Source of the DNA: an uncultured Bacteroidaceae bacterium | GTDB lineage: Bacteria; Bacteroidota; Bacteroidia; Bacteroidales; GCA-2748055 | Length of the DNA: 32,332 nucleotides | Direction of reading: 5' to 3' | Assembly (NCBI GenBank): GCA_964407305.1 | Contig: CAYOVC010000002.1 | Location: forward strand, 1-32,332 | Part shown: positions 1 through 6,717 of the stretch, in pieces | Layout: each line of letters starts with the position of its first letter | How positions within the stretch are numbered: the first letter of the stretch is position 1 | Translations under genes and position numbers: made by a program | Notes under the pieces: generated by a model | Databases searched by the model: none | The model's input: the letters and a program-made list of their open reading frames with translations, nothing else | Told to the model about the DNA's origin: nothing

Positions 1-20
1 CATCAAACACTACACAAATT

Positions 21-674
21 ATGAAACAGATATTCTTAATTCTGACAACGCTTGCTCTGATCGCACTAAGTGCGTGTGTTAGCAAGGAAGAAGAAGCTGC
101 TACCAAAGCTGCCGTAGCTGCCGAAGCGAAAGCCGCAGCACTTGATAGTGTCAGTGCAGAATTCTTAAGCACGGTTGGTTCTTTTGACTTTGATATAATA
201 ACCAATATCAAAACCAATGCCGGCAAAGAATTCATGATGTACCAGTTGCCTGCCAAAACAGTTGTTGGGGTGGAGTATGGCGAGTATACAATTGAGGTAC
301 AACTGCCCAAGACCTATGTTGTGAAAAAATTACCTGGAGCGAATGCCTTTTTCAAAGGAAATCACAGAATCACCACATGGAGTCCTGCGCCCAGCAGCGG
401 GTACGGTGTTGAATACCATGCCTGGCCAGGAAAGGTTGTTGCTACAGATTTCCTGATTACTTATTCTGATGACAAACTGGTGAAAGGTGGGATTTATGAT
501 GGATGGATGCGTATTGAATCTATTGCTCATTTGAAAAAAGTGATGGAGCCCGGAAAAAAGGTTGCGCTGACCGGAACCCTGCCTCTGTATTACGTTCACG
601 TTTATGAGTATACAGGTCTAACCAAAGGGGCACTGAAATCCAGGCATTTGCTGTTTGCCGATGAAGTGAGGTAA
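21..674 (+). CDS. hypothetical lipoprotein
   Basis: 217-aa ATG ORF. The N-terminus MKQIFLILTTLALIALSAC has a hydrophobic core followed by an L-S-A-C lipobox, then an Ala/Glu/Lys-rich linker and a beta-rich domain. I do not recognise the family. Confidence 0.6.
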   Translation: MKQIFLILTTLALIALSACVSKEEEAATKAAVAAEAKAAALDSVSAEFLSTVGSFDFDIITNIKTNAGKEFMMYQLPAKTVVGVEYGEYTIEVQLPKTYVVKKLPGANAFFKGNHRITTWSPAPSSGYGVEYHAWPGKVVATDFLITYSDDKLVKGGIYDGWMRIESIAHLKKVMEPGKKVALTGTLPLYYVHVYEYTGLTKGALKSRHLLFADEVR

Positions 675-727
675 GATGCAATAGCAGATGGATGAACTGT
701 TCCTTGAAGTGAAGGAGCATGTTAAGG

Positions 728-1174
728 TTATTCCTTTTCCAGGTCCTCCCAATATTCGAGTGCACGGCGGGTATGGGGGATCACGATGGTGCCGCCGACC
801 AGGTTGGCCACGGCGAAGATCTCCATCAGCTCATCTTTGGTTACCCCCTGTTCCATGCATTTTTCGAGGTGGTATTTGATGCAGTCGTCACACCGCAGCA
901 CCATCGAGGTGGCAAGTCCGAGCATCTCCTTGACCTTCGCCGACAGGGCACCATCGGTGTAGGTGTTGGTATCGAGGTTGAAGATCCGTTTGATAATCTT
1001 GTTGTCGGCCGCCAGCAGCCGCTCGTTCATCTTTTCCCTGTAGTCACGAAATTCCTTGATCTGATCGCTCATGGCAGAAATGTTTATGTTATAAAACTTT
1101 GGGTTTTGGCCCTGTACCGGTGTAAGTCCTGTAGCTTTTTTCCTCTTTCGCCAAGGCCTCTTGTCGGCTTCCAT
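728..1174 (-). CDS. carboxymuconolactone decarboxylase (AhpD-like) family protein
   Basis: The core LGLATSMVLRCDDCIKYHLEKC contains a CxxC pair typical of AhpD/CMD proteins. The ORF starts at ATG 1174. A second in-frame ATG at 1072 (MSDQIKEF...) gives 114 aa, the usual family size, so the true start may be 1072. The gene lies on the same strand, 70 nt downstream of miaB. Confidence 0.75.
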   Translation of the reverse strand: MEADKRPWRKRKKATGLTPVQGQNPKFYNINISAMSDQIKEFRDYREKMNERLLAADNKIIKRIFNLDTNTYTDGALSAKVKEMLGLATSMVLRCDDCIKYHLEKCMEQGVTKDELMEIFAVANLVGGTIVIPHTRRALEYWEDLEKE

Positions 1175-1244
1175 ACCCCATTTTCCATAAAGAATTTGTC
1201 AGGTAGTACCGGAAGAAGGCAAAGGCTGTTGGTATTCAATGATA

Positions 1245-2825
1245 TCATGATCGTACAACTTTACCCCGAAGTGTCGCTGAGGAGCAATTCGATATCTTTA
1301 CCATTACGTAATCGCCCGGCCTGTGGTCCTCTCCCGGGAATACAACTACTTTGTTCTGACTGGTACGGCCGACGAGCTCCGACTTCGATTTCTTCGAGGT
1401 GCCTTCCACGAGCACCTCGTGAACCTTTCCGATATCCTCCTGCTTGCTCTTCAGCGACAGTTCCCCCTGAAGGGCAATGATCTCACTGAGCCGCCTGGTT
1501 TTTACAGCCTCCGGAACATCATCCTCATATTTTTTTGCGGCCAGCGTATCCGGCCGTTCGCTGTACTTGAACATATAGGCGAGATCGAACCCTGTCCGGC
1601 GCATCAGGCTGAGGGTCTCCCGGTGCTCTTCTTCCGTTTCTCTACAAAAACCGGTAATAATATCGGTAGAAATAGAGGCTTCAGGCAGGTACTGCCTGAT
1701 CGCCTTTACTCTGTCTTCGTACATCTCCCGGGTGTACCCGCGTTTCATCCGCTTCAGAACAGCGGTACTGCCCGACTGCACCGGCAGGTGGATGCTGCGG
1801 CAGAGGTTGGGGTACCGTGCCATGGTTTGCAACAGCTCGTCCGACATATCTTTCGGGTGCGATGTGGCAAAACGGACCCTCAGCTGTGGGGAGATCCGGG
1901 CAATCCGTTCCAGCAGATCCTCAAACCTGACAATATCTTCCACATTTTCTTTCTTGCGGAGCTTTTTCTCATGGGATTTCACAGCTGACCGTTTTTTAGA
2001 AATGCTGACTTCCTTGCTGCTATAGCCATTGCTATTACTATTGCCTGCTGACTCCTGCTCCACTGTCCTAAAACCATCGCTACCGGCTCCTCCCGACTCC
2101 TGGCCATTTCTCGTCCCCACGTCTGCCTTGCTGCCGGCCTTTGTTTTTTTCGCACTGTCCGTCTCATCCCACAAATAGGAGTTCACATTTTGTCCCAGCA
2201 GCGTCACCTCCCTGTAACCTGCTTCAAAGAGCTCCCGCACCTCCCGTTCGATGGTCCCCGGATCGCGGCTGCGCTCCCTTCCACGGGTGAACGGCACCAC
2301 GCAGTAGGCACAGAAGTTGTCGCAGCCCCGCATGATCGACACGAAGGCCGATACGTGGTTTTTGTCGAGCCGCACAGGGCTGAGGTCGGCATAGGTCTCC
2401 TCCATCGAAAGCAGGGTGTTGATCCCCTTCTGCCCATCCTCCACCTCTGCCAGCAGTGCGGGCAGCTCACGGTAGGCATCCGGACCCACCACCAGGTCAA
2501 CCGACCGGTCCCCCTCCAGCAGCTTCTCCTTCAGGCGTTCAGCCATGCAACCGATAACACCCACGACCAGGTTGCCGTTCAGTTTTTTCTGGCGGCCGAA
2601 TTCGGCGATCCGCTTGTTCACACGCTGTTCGGCATTGTCGCGGATCGAGCAGGTGTTCACCAGCACCAGGTCGGCCTCCTCCATCTTTTCGGTGACCTCG
2701 TACGCCTGCTTCTGGAGGATCGCCACCACTACCTCGGAGTCGACCACGTTCATCTGGCAGCCGTAGGTTTCGATATATAATTTCTTCTTGTGCATCGCTC
2801 TGAAATCCTCAACAAATTGGGGCAT
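1245..2825 (-). CDS. miaB: tRNA (N6-isopentenyl-adenosine-37) methylthiotransferase MiaB, with an internal low-complexity insertion
   Basis: N-domain Cys triad (YGCQMN, NTCSIR, GCMAE); radical-SAM CDNFCAYC (CxxxCxxC); GQNVNSY; SHPKD; C-terminal TRAM-like segment (VHEVLVEG...VMVKI). The start is ambiguous: GTG 2864, ATG 2825 or ATG 2795 (MHKKKLYIETYGCQMN). Confidence 0.9.
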   Translation of the reverse strand: MPQFVEDFRAMHKKKLYIETYGCQMNVVDSEVVVAILQKQAYEVTEKMEEADLVLVNTCSIRDNAEQRVNKRIAEFGRQKKLNGNLVVGVIGCMAERLKEKLLEGDRSVDLVVGPDAYRELPALLAEVEDGQKGINTLLSMEETYADLSPVRLDKNHVSAFVSIMRGCDNFCAYCVVPFTRGRERSRDPGTIEREVRELFEAGYREVTLLGQNVNSYLWDETDSAKKTKAGSKADVGTRNGQESGGAGSDGFRTVEQESAGNSNSNGYSSKEVSISKKRSAVKSHEKKLRKKENVEDIVRFEDLLERIARISPQLRVRFATSHPKDMSDELLQTMARYPNLCRSIHLPVQSGSTAVLKRMKRGYTREMYEDRVKAIRQYLPEASISTDIITGFCRETEEEHRETLSLMRRTGFDLAYMFKYSERPDTLAAKKYEDDVPEAVKTRRLSEIIALQGELSLKSKQEDIGKVHEVLVEGTSKKSKSELVGRTSQNKVVVFPGEDHRPGDYVMVKISNCSSATLRGKVVRS

Positions 2826-3006
2826 AAAATTAGTAAAAATCAGCGACCAGTCATCATCTGCCACCTCCCGCTGAACATTTTAACAGACGCTTACCATCCC
2901 ATTCACCGATTTTTTTTTGCGACTCGCCGATTTGAATGGTGCAGGTTCGGTAAATCCCCGTAATATTGCAGTATCATTTAAACAGTTAAATCTTAATCTA
3001 GTGAAA

Positions 3007-3534
3007 ATGGGAGCTGGTTTATTCTGGGGTGCGTTGTTGCTTGTATTGGGCCTGGCACTCATCATCAAAGTGGTTTTTAACGTGGATTTTCCCGTGTTTA
3101 AGATCCTGGTTGGCGTATTCTTTATATTCGTCGGACTCAAGATCCTGTTTGGCAGGGTGTTGATTCCCGAGGGGAAGATCGGTCCGGATGAGACGATCTT
3201 TAGCGAGCGTGTGTATGAAGGTCCGGAAGACGGAAAAGATTACAGCGTGATCTTTGGCAAAGGGGTGTACGATTTCACCCGGACCGATCTGAGCCAGGGG
3301 AGTGTTCATGTGGAGATCAATACGGTTTTCGGGGGAACGGTAATCAAGGTCAGGGAGGATATGCCCTACAAGATCAAGGCCGATGCTGTCTTTGCCGGGG
3401 CAGAGCTTCCCGGTGGGAACACAGCGGTTTTCGGGAGTTCAAAGTACAGCTCGGAGAACTACAGGGCCGATACTGCTGCGCTGCATATCACGGTCGGAGT
3501 GGTCTTCGGGGGTGTCCAGGTGATCAACCGGTAG
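3007..3534 (+). CDS. LiaF/LiaI-like membrane protein (two N-terminal TM helices plus a beta-rich C-terminal domain)
   Basis: From ATG 3007, MGAGLFWGALLLVLGLALIIKVVF...FKILVGVFFIFVGLKILFG resembles the LiaI-LiaF-like TM region. The C-terminal VFGG-containing repeats (INTVFGGTVIKV, ITVGVVFGGVQVI) resemble the LiaF/DUF2154 domain. The ORF-track start at 2917 is a TTG adding an unconvincing 30-aa extension. Confidence 0.55.
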   Translation: MGAGLFWGALLLVLGLALIIKVVFNVDFPVFKILVGVFFIFVGLKILFGRVLIPEGKIGPDETIFSERVYEGPEDGKDYSVIFGKGVYDFTRTDLSQGSVHVEINTVFGGTVIKVREDMPYKIKADAVFAGAELPGGNTAVFGSSKYSSENYRADTAALHITVGVVFGGVQVINR

Positions 3535-3560
3535 CTATTTTCAAAATCAAGCTGTTTTCC

Positions 3561-3568
3561 TATTTTTG
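3561..3568 (+). promoter_or_regulatory. candidate Bacteroidota sigma-A -7 box (TATTTTTG, matches TAnnTTTG) upstream of yebC
   Basis: Exact match to the TAnnTTTG -7 consensus, 76 nt upstream of the yebC ATG. I saw no clean TTTG -33 element. Confidence 0.3.
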
Positions 3569-3643
3569 TAGGGTCCTTTCAGGCGGTTTTTTCTGCCGAA
3601 GGATCTTTACTGTTTTTTCAACGGTCAAACAAATAGATAGAAT

Positions 3644-4384
3644 ATGTCAGGACACAGCAAATGGTCAACCATCAAGCGTAAGAAGGGCGCCGCCGACGCC
3701 AAGCGGGGAAAGATCTTTACAAAACTGATCAAGGAGATCACCATCGCCGCCGAGTTGGGTGGCAGCGATCCGGAAACCAACCCGCGCCTGCGTTCGGCCG
3801 TGCAGACTGCCAAGGGGATGAATATGCCGAAGGACAATATCCAGCGGGCGATCAGCAAGGCCAACAAGGATTCGTCGAGTTTTCAGGAGGTGACCTTTGA
3901 AGGGTATCTGCCCCACGGCATTGCCGTCTTTATCGAATGCCTCACCGATAACAACAACCGTACGGTGAGCAGCGTGCGGGCAATTTTTAATAAACGCGGG
4001 GGATCGCTCGGCACCAACGGGTCGCTCTCTTTTCTGTTCGACAGGAAGGGGGTAATCACCGTTCCGAAGGGAGATATCGATCCGGAAGAGTTTGAGCTGG
4101 AGATTATTGATGCCGGGGTGGAGGAGATTGAACTGAACGACGATACCTTTATGATCACAACCCCCCTCGAAGATTTCAACAATGTGCAGAAAAAGCTCGA
4201 GGAGATGGGGCTGGAAACAGAAAGCGCCGAACTGCAACGGATCCCGAACGATACAAAAGAGCTTACCATAGAAGCGTCTGTCCAGATTCTAAAGATCGTT
4301 GAGGAGTTTGAGGATGATGATGATGTACAGAATGTGTTTCATAACCTCGAGGTGACCGACGAGGTGATAGCCGCAATGGATTAG
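3644..4384 (+). CDS. yebC: YebC/PmpR-family DNA-binding transcriptional regulator
   Basis: The N-terminus MSGHSKWSTIKRKKGAADAKRGKIFTKLIKEI is the family signature. The length (246 aa) and acidic C-terminus are typical. Confidence 0.95.
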   Translation: MSGHSKWSTIKRKKGAADAKRGKIFTKLIKEITIAAELGGSDPETNPRLRSAVQTAKGMNMPKDNIQRAISKANKDSSSFQEVTFEGYLPHGIAVFIECLTDNNNRTVSSVRAIFNKRGGSLGTNGSLSFLFDRKGVITVPKGDIDPEEFELEIIDAGVEEIELNDDTFMITTPLEDFNNVQKKLEEMGLETESAELQRIPNDTKELTIEASVQILKIVEEFEDDDDVQNVFHNLEVTDEVIAAMD

Positions 4385-5487
4385 GGTTTCATCGGCAGGT
4401 CGATCCAGAAGGTGGTGCCCTCTTTTTCATTCGAACTGAAATCCACCTTTCCGTCAAGGTAATTTTCACCCAGCAGTTTCATGCTATAGGTTCCGATTCC
4501 CCTTCCACGGCCCTTGGTGCTGAAGGATCGTTCAAAAATCTGCATTTGTGTCTCCCTGGGAATGGCCCCCGGGTTGTGCACCCAGAACCGCAGGTTCTCA
4601 CTCTTTATTGTTGCTCCAACGGTTATTATATCCTTCTCCGACGAGGCCTCAACTGCATTTTTGATCATGTTGGTCAGTATCCTCGAAAGAAGAGCCGAAT
4701 CGGAGGTAAACACCAGGTCAGCCATATCGTCAGCAACCATCACAGAACCATTATATGTATTTCTATTCTGGAAGGGAAGCGCTGTCTCAATAACCAGGTC
4801 CTGCGTGTGAAGCAGTTCCTCCCTAACCGTTAACTCTCCGCTTTCGGCCTGTGTGTACTGTTTTTGCTCACGCACCGAATCGTACATTGTATTATACGAT
4901 GCTTCCAGAATATCGATATGCAGCGGTTCAATACCATCATTTCGTTTTAACAATTCAATCACACCGTGCAGTCCGCCGATGGCGTTCATCATGTCGTGAA
5001 AAAATATCTGTTCAAGCTCGGTTTTTCGTATTTCGTGACTAATATCTTCAAGTGTTACCAGGTAGTAGAAATTCTCATCGAACTGAAAGGGCGTTGAGGT
5101 AAACCTGAAAATACGGGAGCTTGTTTTGCCTTTCAATGAACCCAGTACCCTGAACTGCCTGGTGATTGTTTTTCCTTCGGTGCGCGACTGTTCCATCGAT
5201 TGCATGGCACCACAGAGTTCGCACTCCTCCGCGGTGCCGCAGCCACCAGAACCCTTTGAGGCGTTCACACACTGGAGGAGATCCCCTGGCCGGAGTTTGA
5301 ACAGGTTCTCAAAATCACCGGCCGACAGTGCCTCCAACATTGTGCTGTTGGAATAAACGATCCGCCTGTCATCATCAAGCAGTGCCAAAAAGTTGGGAAA
5401 CGAGTTGATCAGTTCAATGAGGAACTTTTTTACCCCTTTTTCCGGGATCAATGAATCCAGCATTTCACTGGCAGCAGTATTTGTCAT
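4381..5487 (-). CDS. cytoplasmic sensor histidine kinase with a PAS-like N-domain carrying a four-Cys cluster
   Basis: No TM segment. H-box IFFHDMMNAIGG, N-box ILTNMIKNAVEAS, G-box FSTKGRGRGIGTY. The Cys cluster is CVNASKGSGGCGTAEECELCG (C73, C83, C89, C92). The ATG overlaps the stop of the upstream membrane-protein gene (ATGA). Confidence 0.85.
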   Translation of the reverse strand: MTNTAASEMLDSLIPEKGVKKFLIELINSFPNFLALLDDDRRIVYSNSTMLEALSAGDFENLFKLRPGDLLQCVNASKGSGGCGTAEECELCGAMQSMEQSRTEGKTITRQFRVLGSLKGKTSSRIFRFTSTPFQFDENFYYLVTLEDISHEIRKTELEQIFFHDMMNAIGGLHGVIELLKRNDGIEPLHIDILEASYNTMYDSVREQKQYTQAESGELTVREELLHTQDLVIETALPFQNRNTYNGSVMVADDMADLVFTSDSALLSRILTNMIKNAVEASSEKDIITVGATIKSENLRFWVHNPGAIPRETQMQIFERSFSTKGRGRGIGTYSMKLLGENYLDGKVDFSSNEKEGTTFWIDLPMKP

Positions 5488-6194
5488 ATCTCAGGTTCAA
5501 TTTCTTCGTTCTTTTCATGCTTGGCAGCAAGTCCAATGGTTACAAATCTCGCTCCGACAATAAGTAATCCCGCCCAGGCAGCAGCCAGTGCCAGGGTCCT
5601 GATCAGATGATCCGGATTCATCCATGTAAAAGTTATAATGACCGGTCCGGCCAGAAAGGCCATAATGCTTCCCACCACCGGGAATTTTACCGCTTTGAAT
5701 CGTGACACGGTTAGCACTGTTACAAAGGCACCGAAGGCAGTAATGCCTGTTTTCAGTAGAAACAAAACCTGCCTGATGTTGATCAGGATGGCAATGCTCA
5801 TGGGATCACCGTCATGCACCTCCATATCCGCCGTTCCCATTGTCAATCCGGCCACCTGGAGCTCACCTATCCCGGCTCCGAAGAAGGCAAAGGCCATTGT
5901 CAGGAGCAGGAAGCCGTTAAACAGGTGCATCCCTTTCTGGAAGCGATGAAACATGATGAGATAGATCGGTAAAAACAGCAAGTTGACGACCCCCGCCACG
6001 ATCCAGGAGATGGCACTTACCCGGTGCCGTGAAATATTGTCAAGCAAAAAGTCGATGTCCTCTTCAAAAGTTGCATTCGGAATGGTATAATCGAATTTTA
6101 ACAGGTAGGCGACAAGCAGAGAGAGCACCGACAGGATCAGAAATAATCCGGTGATAATTTCAATGTTCCGGTCTATTTTACGTTTTACAGACAT
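5484..6194 (-). CDS. polytopic membrane protein (about six TM helices; possibly DUF4386-like)
   Basis: About six hydrophobic helices, for example IITGLFLILSVLSLLVAYLL, AISWIVAGVVNLLFLPIYLIMF and TLALAAAWAGLLIVGARFVTIGL. ATG 6194 (MSVKRKI...) is preferred over the upstream GTG 6236. The stop is translationally coupled to the kinase start. Confidence 0.7.
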   Translation of the reverse strand: MSVKRKIDRNIEIITGLFLILSVLSLLVAYLLKFDYTIPNATFEEDIDFLLDNISRHRVSAISWIVAGVVNLLFLPIYLIMFHRFQKGMHLFNGFLLLTMAFAFFGAGIGELQVAGLTMGTADMEVHDGDPMSIAILINIRQVLFLLKTGITAFGAFVTVLTVSRFKAVKFPVVGSIMAFLAGPVIITFTWMNPDHLIRTLALAAAWAGLLIVGARFVTIGLAAKHEKNEEIEPEI

Positions 6195-6221
6195 TGGGCG
6201 AAAATAGTTAATATTTTTAAT

Positions 6222-6229
6222 TAATTTTG
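6222..6229 (+). promoter_or_regulatory. candidate -7 box (TAATTTTG, matches TAnnTTTG) for the SPOR-protein gene
   Basis: Exact TAnnTTTG match ending 19 nt before ATG 6248. It overlaps the TTG (6227) that the ORF track uses as start, which argues that ATG 6248 is the real start. Confidence 0.35.
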
Positions 6230-6247
6230 GTGTCACGATTTGAAGAT

Positions 6248-6691
6248 ATGAGATTTATTATCCTGTTTTGCATCCTATTGTCATTCAGCGCAGCAGTTAC
6301 GGCGCAGAGCCGGCGGAACAATGATGCGCTCAACAGGCTGCTGCAGAAGGAGATGACCGGTGAGGTGATTTTAACACTCGAGCCCCTCATCCTGGAGAAT
6401 TATAACAAACACCTGATACAGAACAGCAGAAACAGGGGTGTTTCCGGTTTCAGGATCCGGATTTTTTCAGATAATGGACAGGGTGCAAAAGATCACCAGA
6501 AGCGTGTAAGGGCAAACTTTTTGTCGCTTTATCCGGATATACCGACCTATTACCGGTACGAAGGATCTTACTATAAAATTTACGTGGGTGATTTCAGAAC
6601 GAGGCGAGATGCACTGAAAATAATGGGAAAGATAAAGAATGATTTTCCCGATGCTTTTATTGTTGAAGATAATATTGTTATAGAGGAGTGA
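6248..6691 (+). CDS. SPOR domain-containing protein (secreted, peptidoglycan-binding)
   Basis: Signal peptide MRFIILFCILLSFSAAVTAQ. The C-terminal GFRIRIFS...YYKIYVGDFRTRRDALKIMGKIKNDFPDAFIVE is a typical SPOR fold pattern. Confidence 0.8.
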   Translation: MRFIILFCILLSFSAAVTAQSRRNNDALNRLLQKEMTGEVILTLEPLILENYNKHLIQNSRNRGVSGFRIRIFSDNGQGAKDHQKRVRANFLSLYPDIPTYYRYEGSYYKIYVGDFRTRRDALKIMGKIKNDFPDAFIVEDNIVIEE

Positions 6692-6717
6692 TCCTCTTTT
6701 TTTTTGCATGATTTCAT

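Noticed and set aside
698-717. Weak hairpin (TTCCTT-GAAGTG-AAGGAG) between the convergent lipoprotein and CMD-like genes
   Set aside because: The stem is 6 bp including a G-U pair, is AT-rich and has no flanking U-tract. It is indistinguishable from chance.
719-1480. 253-aa + strand ORF antisense to the CMD-like gene and the miaB 3' end
   Set aside because: It lies almost entirely in the shadow of two well-supported minus-strand genes. It is R/G/P/H-rich with no recognisable motif and spans an intergenic gap. It is a typical shadow ORF.
1938-2168. Possibility that the MiaB insertion is an intein or inserted mobile sequence
   Set aside because: There are no intein splice-junction features (no Cys/Ser/Thr at the N-junction with a His-Asn plus nucleophile at the C-junction) and no flanking repeats. 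The segment is purely low-complexity and in frame, so it is treated as a loop expansion.
3582-3597. Small hairpin GGCGG-TTTTTT-CTGCC between the LiaF-like gene and yebC, considered as a terminator
   Set aside because: The stem is only 5 bp (one G-U) and the T-run forms the loop rather than following the stem. It also lies downstream of the candidate yebC -7 box. This is not convincing as an intrinsic terminator.
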